DNA of 56,904 nt, filler included, from Squatina squatina (GCA_031763465.1; 4 parts of 3 records of this genome joined end to end with filler, not necessarily neighbours in it); one strand, 5' to 3'; shown: positions 1 to 13,329, counted from the whole stretch's first letter. Numbers and translations are program-made. The notes: generated by a model not told the origin, from the sequence alone.

Positions 1-148
1 GGATTTGAAAACAAGACTGAGAATTTTGAAATCGAAGCGTTGCTTAACCGGGAGCCAATGTAGGTCAGCAAGCACAGGGGTGATGGGTGAACGGGACTTG
101 GTGCGAGTTAGGACACGGCAGCCGAGTTTTGGATGAGCTCAAGTTTAA
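1..148 (-). mobile_element. L2-clade LINE fragment, region downstream of the RT domain
   Basis: Minus strand reads KLELIQNSAA/LTRTKSRSPITPVLADLHWLPVKQRFDFKILSLVFK with a frameshift. This matches the L2 ORF2 C-terminal pattern QNxAARxL...ITPVLxxLHWLP. Confidence 0.85.
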
Positions 149-462
149 CCAACACAACGCCTCTTAGTACATCAATAAAAACAAATTGGAAAAGGAACAC
201 AACCAAACACAACTGAAACTTTTCCAGACTGAACATCCATCCAGATAGACAGGGGAACACCAATATCAAGATGAACAAGCGCTGTTTAACACCACGTGAC
301 ACTTACGCAGAGTCTCAAAGAGAGCTGGGGAGCTTAAGATGCAGCAGTAATTCGATAGGAATACCGAGGATACACAACAGGATGGCAGACAAGTCAATGT
401 AATTACTGATGGAATATTTGCTATAAACATCTCTGTGTAACCTCTGCGCTTTTGATCCTTAC

Positions 463-612
463 CATCATGGCCGGAGTTGAGCAGGTGTTCGCCCAGGTCA
501 CAGCCAAACACGCGCTCCTTCAGGATTCCTCGCTGCTTCAGCTTCTGTTTGGTCGGTCGTGACTTCATGAAGGTGCGGAGGAAGGTGATGAGCTTGCCGT
601 GCTTTTTCGAAA
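463..612 (-). CDS. ARHGAP32: ARHGAP32-like (RICS/p250GAP) internal exon at the start of the RhoGAP domain
   Basis: 150-bp exon, acceptor tttcacAG (613-614), donor GTAAG (461-462), phase 1/1. Encodes (V)SKKHGKLITFLRTFMKSRPTKQKLKQRGILKERVFGCDLGEHLLNSGHD, nearly identical to recalled vertebrate ARHGAP32. The paralog ARHGAP33 is not formally excluded. Confidence 0.85.
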
Positions 613-652
613 CTGTGAAACAAAAACAAAGAAAGACAGACAATGAAATTCA

Positions 653-1207
<555 letters not shown>

Positions 1208-1521
1208 TTAAACAAAGACAGATTTCAGTTAGAAGTTGCTCTGATGTATATTTTCAGTGATATAAAACAATGTTCAGGAAGCATGAGCATAATATACAAA
1301 AGCCAGAGATTTATCGTATCCATTGTTACTCAGCCAGTCCTCCAGTAAAAGCTAGTACACATATTGAAACAGCATATATATTATTTGTGCTAATGCTAAA
1401 TCTATTTAGTGACTATTCTGGACAGATGGCATTCATCGGCTGCTGAAATAAATTGCATTTTTAGCACATTGGAATGTGATTTGGGAAATCATTTTACTTC
1501 GTTGAGAAAATAACAGACTCA

Positions 1522-2260
1522 GGGCTAACAATTCGGTTGCGCCTGGTTTCCAGTGTTAAACTGAAAAAAAAAATGCCCCATTAACGCCCAGCACTTCCCT
1601 TCCAAAAGATTTGAAGAATTCGCAGAAAACTTTCTAAGAGGTAGGAGAAAAGCAAAATGAGGCGCTCCTCCCACCAAAGAGGTGTCTCTGGGGCACAGAG
1701 CTCGGCAGCGCCACCAGGGCCCAACAGTGGCACTGGGACTCAGCGGATAATATAGATGGGGGGGGCGGCCAATTGGCACTCCAGCGCTAGGGCTAAATGG
1801 GCATAGACGGGCGTTAGGGGTCGAACACCAGTTTTTGGCGGTAAATTGAAATTTGCGCAATTGGCCTCAGTTTAGCGCCGGTGATAACTGAGGAGCGCTG
1901 GAAACATGGCACTAGGCGCAAATCGGCCTCCGTGACATCGTCAGAGGGCGCACTGCCCAAAATGGCCGCCCGACAAAGAATTGTACTCAATTCTTTGGAC
2001 GTTAAACGGGCAGTGACAGCGCCTGGTTTTTTGGGGTGGTGACACCCATACTTACATCTCTATTAGAGCGCAAAATCATTGTGCATCACTCCCCACCTTC
2101 TTTGATGCATAAATCTCCATCTAGCGACCGTAAAAATTGTTTAAGTCAGTTTGCGTGACTTGGAACGGCCATTTTTATAAGGTTCGGTGATTCTGGATGA
2201 CCTCTTGAAAAGTGCAAAAACTGGGCTATTCGGCCATGGTGCCATCACTAATGGTGAAGT
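1522..2260. mobile_element. GC/CpG-rich non-autonomous DNA transposon, PIF/Harbinger-like, runs into gap
   Basis: Starts gggctaacaattc. Contains repeated tttagcgcc/gggcgtta motifs and a ggggcggccaattg motif also seen at 3755 and 25470. Confidence 0.55.
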
Positions 2261-2590
2261 NNNNNNNNNNNNNNNNNNNNNNNNNNNNNNNNNNNNNNNN
2301 NNNNNNNNNNNNNNNNNNNNNNNNNNNNNNNNNNNNNNNNNNNNNNNNNNNNNNNNNNNNCAAAATTGGGATAAAAAATGTAATGGGAGGACGTAATACA
2401 GAAATTCAAACAAGGTGCAACATAAGTGCTTGTGCTCTATTTAAGAGTTCAAATGCAAGCCTATAAAATCACCCAGGAACTGAAGACAGTTGCTTCTCTT
2501 TCATTAAAAATGTCAACACAGCTTAAAGAGCAGCATTACAACTAACAGGCTGCTAGACTGAGGTGAGGTTGTTTTTTTAGTGGATGGTTA

Positions 2591-2731
<141 letters not shown>

Positions 2732-3576
2732 CTAAAATAGAAGGTGGTAATTCATTATTAACAGCACTAGGTTTTGGGTGCTGCATTTCTTTCGAGACCC
2801 AGTGATGCACAATCTTCTAAATAAAAGCCCGCAAAATATGTCAAAAATAATAGCACTATTACAAATCTACTGCAGCAGAAATCTTTGACATGAACCCCTG
2901 TGTTAAAAGGAAACGATACACTGAAGCAAATATCTACAAAAACAGAAAGCTACAATTTGTACAAAGGTCTACAAACGGAGTACACTGAATTAGTAAACTC
3001 AATTATCTGATTACCATTTCAGATAATTTAATCCCTTTACTGGTCCATAATTATTAAGTAAAAAAAAAAAAATCGCCTGATGATTTTCAGTTGCTTTTTC
3101 TGCATGACACTATGGGGGCGATTTAAAAAAAACAATTTGCACATTGGGCAGATGGGCAGTGGGTGGAATGATCGCAGCACCCACCCACCAGCTGAAAGCT
3201 CGAACCATTTTCGTGACCGGGCCTCATCTGAATGCTTTCAGCAAGCTGCCAACAGCGAGCGAGCACTGATTGGCAGCTTGCCGATCGGAAGAGGGTGGTG
3301 GAGGTAGGTTTGTAGGCAGGGATGCAATACCAGGACATTGAGGGGCAGGCAGTAGATGGGAAGATCTGTATGGAGCCAGGAGGTGCATTGTTGCGTTGGT
3401 GGCATAACAGAGTGATCTCCTGATTCTACGGAGACACTAGAGGAGTTGGGAATGTAATGGGGTGGCATAGGGTTTTTTTCTGTCGCTGCTAGAAACAAGA
3501 AGGAAACTTGTGATTTAGACAGGTGGTTCTGATATGGTGCCGCTCGCTGATTGGAATGTGTTGCGACAGGACCGGA

Positions 3577-3754
3577 TTATAATCCAGTGACAATGCTTAA
3601 AATAAGCTTCCTCAGCAGTTCTCTTGCTGCTTCTGTTTGTGCTACTGGTGCTTTGTCTTCCTGTGCCTGATCTTCTTCAAGGGTGTCAACATCTGCCTCT
3701 CCCTCCTCCTCTGAGATGTTTACCTCTAAGCCTTTCTGGAGAGTAAAACTGTAA
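3577..3754 (-). mobile_element. Degenerate Harbinger (HARBI1-like) transposase C-terminus
   Basis: YSFTLQKGLEV, then an acidic run, then AARELL. Resembles the LHNFALQRG-acidic-AREAL tail of Harbinger transposases. Cut at 3754 by a second element. Confidence 0.5.
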
Positions 3755-4219
3755 GGGCGGCCAATTTGCAATTAGCGTTTCTAGCGCTAAGGGCCAAATT
3801 TAGCGCTGAAAGTGAGACTCTTAGAAAATTTTCAGTGATGCCCCCAATTAGACACTTTACAATTTGAGCGTTCAAACACGTGCAAACTGTAGTGTTAAGG
3901 AGCCCATACTTAACAGAACTATTCGTGCTCAGCTTCAGTTGGCTTAACTGCTTCCAACTACCTAACAGCCCACTTCAGTGCTTAAAGCTGCTCTTCTCCC
4001 ACACATGGACACTGTTTAGGTCAGTCCAGGAGGAGGAGGAGGAGAGTGAATTCAAGTGGGGGTTGGAGGTTGGAGTTGCAGTTTTTAAAGCTACTGAGAA
4101 ATGGAAGCCCCACTCGCAGGTGGGGTGAGGGCACCTCGCTTCAGCGATCGAGCCCTCGAGGCACTGGTGGACGCAGTCCAGAGGAGGGCCCCCATAATGT
4201 ATCCGCAGGCTGGAAGAAG
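3755..4219 (+). mobile_element. Harbinger element 5' end with Myb/SANT-like ORF start (4101-4219), truncated by gap
   Basis: TAA followed by terminus gggcggccaattt. ORF MEAPLAGGVRAPRFSDRALEALVDAVQRRAPIMYP matches the NAIF1/MSANTD-type RxxxFSxxxLExLV helix. Confidence 0.7.
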
Positions 4220-4319
4220 NNNNNNNNNNNNNNNNNNNNNNNNNNNNNNNNNNNNNNNNNNNNNNNNNNNNNNNNNNNNNNNNNNNNNNNNNNNNNNNNN
4301 NNNNNNNNNNNNNNNNNNN

Positions 4320-4662
4320 GATAAATGGTGGCTGCTCGGCCGGATTGAGCCACCATCATCTCTCCTGGCACGCCGACTGGCATGTCAGGTTGGTAGCCCA
4401 GTTGCCGATGGCCTTGGTGGCCCGATGTAGCGGCTTCAGGATGACCAGCGGCCCTCCCCTTTAAGGGAGGCCCGGCTCTCCTGCTGATGTCAGCGCGCAG
4501 TGAAGCCACACCACTGGCATCCGACCCCGGCCGCCCCAGGAGCATCCGGGAGCGTGCTGCGTCCCCCAGGCGCCCGGAATAGCGAATACCGGGAAGGCCG
4601 GAGCAGTGCGGGCACCAGCGAGTGAAATGCGTTTCCAGCATGGCAGGAGGCAATTTCGGCCC
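4320..4662. mobile_element. GC-rich Harbinger-like element end, same family as 15791-16098 in opposite orientation
   Basis: Ends caatttcggccc|ttt. 4430-4500 aligns by eye with the reverse complement of 16010-16080 (gccctcccctttaagggaggcccg...tgctgatgtcagcg). Confidence 0.7.
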
Positions 4663-4689
4663 TTTAAATTTATATTGTGCCTTTTATTT

Positions 4690-4760
4690 ACTCAGGATGT
4701 CCCACAGCGCACAGCCAATGAATCACTTTTGAACTGTAGTCACTGTGGTTTTGTAGGAAA
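4690..4760 (-). mobile_element. DeuSINE-type SINE 3' tail fragment
   Basis: ctcaggatgtccca...cacagccaatgaatcacttttgaactgtagtcactg is the reverse complement of the recalled shark SINE 3' region. Confidence 0.6.
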
Positions 4761-4803
4761 AAGTCCATTTCTAGATTGTACCAATCAAGTTCATCCAAGT
4801 TTA

Positions 4804-4938
<135 letters not shown>

Positions 4939-5577
4939 TTACTAAATCATAATATAAACCAATCTAACACTCATAACACATCCTCTGTAATTCTAAGTAA
5001 ATGCATTTTGAATTGTATGATGTACCTTTGAGTTTAGAAATGTATGCTGACAAAATGGTTGCCATGCACACAAAAACAGGCAGTGTGTTACTTGAAGTGG
5101 GAAGAAAACTAATTTAAATATGCATGCCATCAATTCGAACAAAGCAATCAGCAGTGGGGAATACCATTAACAGTTCAGATCAGAGCATGGAGCAGCTGAT
5201 GTGTCAGGTGCAACAGGAATTCAGCCGTTGATCACTGCCAGAACAGATGAGCTATAACTAGATGCTGAATTCCAACACCATCCCTCAGAAATTCAGCACT
5301 TTATCTGTTATTCCCAGTACCCACCCCAGCCTGGGAGAGAGGCGAATCCAATTTCACAAATAATGGCCCAGATTTTCCTGTCAAAATAACGGTGAGGCTG
5401 ATGGCTCTCGCCTTTACTTGTGAGAAAAGGGTACAGCAACTTCAGGCGAACAGCAGACGTGCAGTTAAACTCAAAAANNNNNNNNNNNNNNNNNNNNNNN
5501 NNNNNNNNNNNNNNNNNNNNNNNNNNNNNNNNNNNNNNNNNNNNNNNNNNNNNNNNNNNNNNNNNNNNNNNNNNNNN

Positions 5578-5840
5578 GGGAATGAGAATGGAGCTAAGGA
5601 AGAAAAACTGGAGAAAAATATTGACAATGCAGTAGGTCAACAATGGGCAATATTAAAAGAGAAGATCAATGAAGTTCAGTAGAAATATTGCACTAAAAAT
5701 AGGGACAAACTTGCTAAGAATGAGGTGCCATGGATAAAGCAGTGAAACCTGAAGAAAGGAATACACAAAGTACATAAACGTTAAAGGAGAGGGTGATAAA
5801 AGGGAATGTGAGCTTAGGGAAGAGGTTAAAAAGACATGAG
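5578..5840 (+). mobile_element. CR1 LINE ORF2 fragment, between endonuclease and RT
   Basis: QQWAILKEKINEVQ...PW pattern, purine-rich, with stops. Confidence 0.6.
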
Positions 5841-6483
5841 AAAAAAATACCGGTAAATGGCAAAGTTTTCAGATAACTTTTGACAGAAGTTTAACAAGAA
5901 CTCTTCGGCAATACTGCACAATGATTGCCAATTGCCTCGTATACATTTCATACACTTAGCTTTTGTGGGGTGACATTGCTCTTTACAATATTAGCGCACA
6001 AATGATTAACACACTAAGATGAAATCCTTTGTCCACTATTTTAACAGTGGTGTAAATCTCTTTCAAATTAACAGGACAAAGCTTTGCTTAAGCTAGCAGG
6101 CAAAAGAATTTCATGCAAAGGCTTTAAGTATTCATGGCTTCATATCACACAGAATGATTTCACCCCATTCGTGTAATAACTAGCATTTTCAATATTAATA
6201 TGAGGACCCAATCTTCCTCACCCTTGCTCACTTTTCTATTCAGTGTTCAACTGCAAGATGTAGTCAAGATGGAGCTGCATGTTACACAACTTTCTTTACC
6301 GTTAAGTGGTTATCAGTGATTAGAACAGAGATGATACAACGCCCATTGCACAACTTCAAATACTCAAGTATAATGGATGTTGTGCGTTATAACAAACTAT
6401 TCTTGCATTTTTTAATTTTGCACTTCATTACTTATTTTTGTAATTGTTAGTCATACATCTCAGTCATAAATACCAATGCTTAC

Positions 6484-6558
6484 CGTAATTGTAGACTTTC
6501 CAGCATATTTTCCATATCTTAGGAACAAAGGCTTTGTCATTTTCTTCTGAGCCACAAT
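6484..6558 (-). CDS. CPNE7: Copine-7-like coding exon 3
   Basis: 75 bp, phase 0/0, acceptor cttcacAG, donor GTAAGC. Encodes IVAQKKMTKPLFLRYGKYAGKSTIT, continuing from ...CTLGQ. Confidence 0.93.
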
Positions 6559-7707
6559 CTGTGAAGTATGAACTCACATCTTACAAAACTGAGCTTGGAG
6601 AGAAAGCCCAATAAAGGTACGGTTTGGGTGTCCTTAAGTAATGGAATAGACTCTGTACTTGTAGGGCATTTATTGCCATTCAGAAGAACAACAATAATTG
6701 GTCTATTAAAACGTGACAATTTTCTTCAGTTGGAGTATTAAGATTCAATACAGTTCTAGCAATCAAATTGAACAATTAAGGGTTTCCTGAGTATAAAACA
6801 TGTACAGAGTTTTGAGTTCCACAATCTCAGCCATTCGGGCCCTAAACAGAGGATTTAATCATGCAAGGTACAATCTGTGAACACACAGGAGCAATGCAGT
6901 TACCTCTGCACAATTTCAAGATAGCCAACATCCATTAAATGCAGTTAACCAATCAGCACAGAGCCATGATGATCATACTTTAGCACTTTAACAAGAAGGA
7001 AAGGATGACAAGAAGAGGGCAGGGAGGGATCAAGGGCATAGTCGGAGAAATTTGAAGGAGGCTTTTGAAGTAAGAGAGAAAACTACCAAGTGCAAGTGGT
7101 TTGGGGAAAAATCCTGATAAAAAGGACAGTGCCAGCGGAGAGATTAGCACGCATGCAAATTAAAACCGAACAGAATTGAAGGTTACAATGATGAATCATA
7201 CGCCACAGATCACTTGTAGAACCTAGTGCTGTAATGGCTGGTGTCAGCTGGATTAGTGGTCTGGAGTTTTGCTGAACGCGGAGAGTTTTCACGAGAACTT
7301 CATTCTTTTGGAGTTTACCTGCAGTTGGTTGTCTTCCTCAAGATCACGTGGATTGGGTAGAGTTCGTAGTACAGCAATATGACCTGCGCAGGGAATGGGT
7401 CAGATGGACCAATTGGCCTTTCTAGTTCCATGCCTTTGCATACTCATGATAAAACTGCCTGTACTGCTCCCAGTCAAGGATGAGAGAAGGCCATTCATTC
7501 ACCTCATCCCTCCGGTAGTCTACTCTCTCAGCCTGGCGTCCAATCCCATTCCCCTTGACTCTTCTACCTCACCAAGCAGCTTAATCCAAATAATCTGATA
7601 ATATTGTNNNNNNNNNNNNNNNNNNNNNNNNNNNNNNNNNNNNNNNNNNNNNNNNNNNNNNNNNNNNNNNNNNNNNNNNNNNNNNNNNNNNNNNNNNNNN
7701 NNNNNNN

Positions 7708-8010
7708 ATATAGATAGGTGTGAGGTAGTTCATTTTGCGAGGAAGAATAAGGAAACCACATACTCCTTGGAAAATCAGTGTCTAGGTGGGGTAGAGGTAC
7801 AGATACACAAATCACTAAAAGTAGTGGCACAGATTAATAAAGCTATAAATAAAAGCAAGCAGAACATTGGGGTTCATTTCTTGAGGGATAGAATTGAAAA
7901 GCAGAGAAGTTATGTTAAACTTGTATAGAACCTTGGTTAGACCACACTTGGATTACTGTGCACAGTTTTGGTCTCCATATTATTAAAAGGATATCGATGC
8001 ACTTGAGGTG
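7708..8010 (+). mobile_element. CR1 LINE fragment, RT C-terminal region
   Basis: [37 protein letters not shown] matches the CR1 LYxxLVRPHLEYC motif. Confidence 0.9.
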
Positions 8011-8023
8011 AAAGAAAGATTTA

Positions 8024-8308
<285 letters not shown>

Positions 8309-9151
8309 TCATTGACTGACTGTTAGGAACACTAGATGTATAAAGTCCTCTAATGTTCACCTTATGCCAGAAAATCCTATTCTTTTTCTAGAATTGTAGC
8401 AGAAAAATTCTAGACATTGTCATTCAGAATTGCAGAGCAGGACATGACTCCACAACTTTGTGAGGCGGCAGGAACAGAGACCCTTTAAACAATTAAAAAG
8501 CTAACCAGTTGCTAATGAATAATAATATCTAAAACACAGCAACAGGTCTTAGAGCCATAACGGTTCGCTGCCTGGGGGTTTAAAAGGAACTTAATCAAGT
8601 TATCAGACTAAAATCTTTTGTGATCTGTATTTGAATTTCAAGGGTCATAANNNNNNNNNNNNNNNNNNNNNNNNNNNNNNNNNNNNNNNNNNNNNNNNNN
8701 NNNNNNNNNNNNNNNNNNNNNNNNNNNNNNNNNNNNNNNNNNNNNNNNNNTCAACGAATGAATTTCAGCCCCTAAGTGTTTCCCATATTAATTGAGAGGA
8801 TGTGGGTCAACCAGTACCAGTCTTGTATAACTTGTGGTACTCAGTCACACTAAGGCATTGAAAGAAGAAAGAACCTGTAGTCATACAGTGCCTTTTACAT
8901 CCTCAGGATGTAGTGATGTGTTCATAGGCAAATAATTGGTAAGCTCTACCTGCCATCTTAATTGGGAATGTTATATCAGATCTCCGTACAACTCTATCTT
9001 TATCCAGCTGTTTTAAAGAAAACAGATCTCATTATACATTTTGTTTGAATCAGTTTGTGCTGACTTTTCATATAAACACATATGCATAAACACAACCAGA
9101 AGAATTGAAATTTCCTTTTCAGTCAGGTAATATCTATTGACTGTCACCTAC

Positions 9152-9325
9152 CTCCACCCAATGTCCCTGAGACTGCATCATAAGTACCACCGCTGGGTCA
9201 GATTTATTGAGAGTATCTCTGTCCAGCAAAGCTTTGCAGGAAACACGTAGCTCTACCTTGGATACACAAGGAGCTGTAACAGCGCCCATTGGACTTGGAG
9301 ACACCCGGCCTGTGAGCTCAGTCAT
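9152..9325 (-). CDS. CPNE7: Copine-7-like first coding exon
   Basis: ATG at 9325-9323, donor GTAGG. Encodes MTELTGRVSPSPMGAVTAPCVSKVELRVSCKALLDRDTLNKSDPAVVLMMQSQGHWVE, closer to recalled CPNE7 than to CPNE4, CPNE6 or CPNE2. Possible acceptor at 9340-9341 would imply an upstream non-coding exon. Start codon choice is inferred. Confidence 0.9.
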
Positions 9326-9607
9326 CTCTGCACCAAGACCTGTCTGAGAATCCAGCAGCAAGGAAATGTTACTGGGAGAACCTTAACAATAGACTGGATG
9401 AGCTCTTCACCAAGACACTAACACTGGAAGACCAGCACCGTGGATTTGTATTGGACAGCTGCACCAGGACAACAGCTAAAATGTTGCTTGATGGTATGAT
9501 GGTGATTNNNNNNNNNNNNNNNNNNNNNNNNNNNNNNNNNNNNNNNNNNNNNNNNNNNNNNNNNNNNNNNNNNNNNNNNNNNNNNNNNNNNNNNNNNNNN
9601 NNNNNNN

Positions 9608-10080
9608 CCTTTTGCACTGTTCCAATGAAGCTCAACTCAAGCTCGAAGAACAGCACCTCATCTTTCGTTTTGGCACTTTACAGCCTTCTGGATTCAACAT
9701 TGAGCTCAACAATTTCAAACAATAACCTCTGCCCCTATTTATTTATTTAATTAGTTTTTGTTTTTGTTTCCCTCTAATGGCTGTTGCTGATTCCTCATTT
9801 ACATCCTATCTAGATTTATCTTTTGTTTCTTAACGTGCCCATTACCACCTTTGTTTGCCTTGCACCACCTCTTAATCTCTTTTGCCTTCCTCCCTATCAC
9901 AGACCTTCCACTTTGTTCTTTCCTCCCCTCCACCCTTTAAGCACTTGCTTAAAAACCTGCTACAATTCTAACTTTTTCCAGTTCTGACGAAGGGTCATCA
10001 ACCTGAAACATTAATTCTGTTACTCTCTCCACAGATGCTGTCTGACCTGCTGAGTTTTTCCAGCATCTTCTGTTTTTATA
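9608..10080 (+). mobile_element. Penelope-like element 3' end: GIY-YIG endonuclease C-terminus plus pseudo-LTR
   Basis: 9609-9725 reads LLHCSNEAQLKLEEQHLIFRFGTLQPSGFNIELNNFKQ*, the ExxxIxxLxTLxPxGLN motif. Followed by a pyrimidine-rich UTR and the tail ctgacgaaggg...gaaac...cacagatgctgtctgacctgctgag. Confidence 0.85.
9980..10017 (+). ncRNA. Minimal type I hammerhead-ribozyme-like motif, probably decayed
   Basis: CTGACGA (9984-9990), stem II AGG/CCT, GAAA (10005-10008), then CATT. Flanks AGTT and AATT can pair as stem I with one G-U pair. Confidence 0.5.
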
Positions 10081-10327
10081 TTATATAATAAAGTTCAGTA
10101 GCCTTGGAGTAGAGATCTTGAATGAATGTCATATTATCAGGGTGGGTTAATTATTTGAAGTAATTTAAAAAAGTTAACATTTGTATTTTTGCCTCATTTT
10201 TATCTTTGCTGCTCAAAATTTTCATTTAATTTTCAAAAATAAGTAAATACAAAATACAGAAACCAAATCAGAATAGAATCAGTACAGAGCTACACAGCAG
10301 CCAGGTTTTACATTCTCTGCAAAGACT

Positions 10328-11996
10328 GGCTGGAATTTTCCCAGCCCTGCGAATGCGAGTTCGGAGGTGGGTCCGCTGGGAAAATGGCATTGAGTGACTG
10401 CGGGTCGAGTTCCCGTTCCGAACCCACCCTCTTGTCAGTTTCCCATCTGTCAAGTTTGTCGGTGTATCGGAAACCCGACACCAAGGGGTAGGACAGAGAG
10501 TTAAAGTATTTAGCAGGTACTTAGAGTGTTTAACACAATTAAAAGCTCACACTTACTATTTTCCCAACCTTTTGCCAGGTTTCCTGTTGCTCCTACAACA
10601 CGCCAGGTAAGCGCTGTCGGGTTCTGAGTCAGTCTCCATTCATTTGACTAGTTGACAGCCGCTGAAGAGGTACAAAAGCTACCATTTCAAAGCTGTTCAC
10701 TTGCCAATGTCATAGGTTGAAGCCTTCAGGAATTGGAACTCACCTTTTAACTGTATGCTGTATACAAGAGTTTGCAGTGAACTCTCAGCTGTCAGTAACT
10801 TGGACCAAGCCCTCCCACCATTGATAGGTCGCTTCTGTCATCTCAACCTCACCTGCCATCTATTCCAGCAGCATTGCTACCATTGAAACTATTTCACCTT
10901 GGTCCTGAGATTCTCACAACGATCAGCCAGCTCCAACACCAACATCACTAAACACACCAGCATCACCAATATCAACACCAACCTTCTCCGCCTGATGCTT
11001 CACAGGACACAGGGCATCAGCACCCCACCACATTGCTGCCGAGGACACCAGGGATGGCCTCACCATGGCCACACTTGCTTCCCTGGATGCTGTACATCTT
11101 GGCTGCCACGTGATGTGCCAGGTTGGCAACACAACACACCAGTACCATTAAGCAACACTGCAATGCCCATGCACACTCATCACCATTGTGTGGGAAACCC
11201 TTACGTCTCACCATTCACTCCAACTCACTAAGCCACTTCAAAATGTGCACACAAATCTGTTCAAGAAGGCAAAGTGCTCAAAATAAAGATTTCAATGTTT
11301 GACAACTCTTCACCAGAAACTCTACCTGAAACACCCAAGTGTATGTTGTTAGTTGGTGTGATTGGACAAGGATGAGGATGAATGTGAGGGGCAGCCAGCG
11401 AGATGGGGCAGTGGTAATGTAGATAGAGAGGGATGGGTGGAGGTATGTTGGTGTGATTAAGGATGTGTAGGAGTAGGGTATGGAAGACAGAGTGACGGGG
11501 ATGTGATGAGTGGCACAGCAGAATGAGGTTGAGTGTGGCTTTGCAGTAACTATTCGTGATCTACTGAGATCATTGAAAGGTTTGCGCCACTGCAGTCAGG
11601 TCCTCCTGATGACATCCCTACTTGTGTCTTCCTGTGCAATATGCAACCAGGCTGTGTTGGTGTCCCGGGGAGGTCTCTTCTGCCCATTGGACCTCTCTGT
11701 GTGCTGTGACTCCCTCCAGAAGCATCTGGATAGCCTGAGTGCAGCCATGCACCTTTGTGCAGTTCTTGTCAGTGTTTGCAGCACCTCAATGCTATGGTCC
11801 CTTTAAGAAAACCAGCTGATGATGCGTCATCAGATGACGTCATCACACCGGCTTCCGGTTAATTGGTCGGAAAGCCCGCATGGCAGGCTGAACAAGGCCA
11901 ATCATGGGAAGGTCGTCGGGGGAGAGCTGGAAGCGCGTTCTCCGCACAGCACCTGAGGCCCGCACTCAACCTGCCTCCTGTAGCGAAATCGTTGCC
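10328..11996 (-). mobile_element. About 1.7-kb degenerate Harbinger element with Myb/SANT-like exon (11551-11784)
   Basis: Left terminus ggctggaattttccc. Minus strand reads QMLLEGV...KRPPRDTNTAWLHIAQE...RRT*LQWRKPFNDL against the family pattern W..IA..V....RT..QCRK.FNDL. The right end is approximate. Confidence 0.7.
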
Positions 11997-12034
11997 ATTG
12001 TATGGCTCTGGACAAATTCACTCCATGATGCTAA

Positions 12035-12382
12035 GGGGGAGAAATTCGGTATCTGGGGGCAGTAACAATCAGGAGGCAGGAGACAGAGTGCGAGGCGCTC
12101 AAGTCCCGACCCCTCTCCAGAAATTCGGGTTACTGGCCCCGGAAGGAAGTGGTGCGCTAAATCACATGCTCCACTTCCTTCCAGGGGCGCTAACGGGGCA
12201 GACACCTCAGCAGCGCTGTATATCGGGCCGTGCAGCGCTGGCGCGTCCAAGGGGCCCTTTCCTCGGTTAAAGGGAACGGCCCTCGCTGCCAACTGCAGAA
12301 GAAAAAGGGACCTACCTGGTCCACCGTGGAGCAGGGCTGCCGCACGATCAGCCCGGCACTTAAACAGAGTGCTGGGCTGAGC
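12035..12382. mobile_element. GC-rich Harbinger-like element, runs into gap
   Basis: TAA|gggggagaaattc terminus, gcgctaa motifs, internal palindrome at 12251-12282. Confidence 0.6.
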
Positions 12383-12529
12383 NNNNNNNNNNNNNNNNNN
12401 NNNNNNNNNNNNNNNNNNNNNNNNNNNNNNNNNNNNNNNNNNNNNNNNNNNNNNNNNNNNNNNNNNNNNNNNNNNNNNNNNNGTGCAGCGAGCACAGCTC
12501 CAGCAATGGATTCGTCAGTTTGGTCATCT

Positions 12530-12700
12530 TTGATATACCCCAAGGCTCAAGCTTTGAACTCCTTTTTCCTATTTACACTCTGCCCCTCAGTGATATTGCC
12601 TGTCGGCATGGGGTCAGTCATTAAATGCACCCAACTCTACATCTCCACTGTCCGCCATCACACCTTACCTGTGTGCTATCAAACTGCCTGTTTGACAAGG
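12530..12700 (+). mobile_element. Degenerate L2 RT-core fragment
   Basis: PQGSS...FPIYTLPLSDIACRHGV...TQLYIS matches the L2 PQGS...YxLPL...TQLY region; the YADD motif is deleted. Confidence 0.55.
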
Positions 12701-13329
12701 AATGTGGGGTGGGCCAGACCAATTCCCAGCGAAACAAGTTCTTCTAATGGACTTCAGGATATATCACTGCAAGATATACCAGAGTCCTCAAATTAGTCAG
12801 TATTTAAGTAGCAAAATGCCTCTGCAAGTTACAAGCAGGTTTCTAAGTCAGTGCACCCAGTAACTATAAGCCACTGTGATATGCAATGATTCATTTGCAT
12901 GAAATATTTAGCATTTTGTAGGATGATTAAATAAGAATTCTACTGCCAACAGTTTAAAAATGCAGATGAAAAGTCAGAAGTTAATAGAATTTCAATCGAT
13001 TTTTCAAATTGTTAAATTATTTGACTGTACCAGAGGTAAAATTAACAAGTTGCCATAGAACATCAGTAATTGAATTGGGTCTACTGGAGCACAGAAATAA
13101 AGCTGTTGCAGATCTTGCACCTCTGACTCTAATTGTCTCCATAACAGCATTTGATGCAAGGCAGATCACATCACATGGTATGGCTCTGTCACATTCAGCG
13201 TTCCCCTTCTACTTTCAAATAACATAGGGGTAGATTTTCTGTTTTGAACATAAAGGAATTGGGAGTAATGCTTACCCCAGCTGAATTACATACAGCCGTT
13301 TGCACAAGAGCACAAGATCATTACAGATG

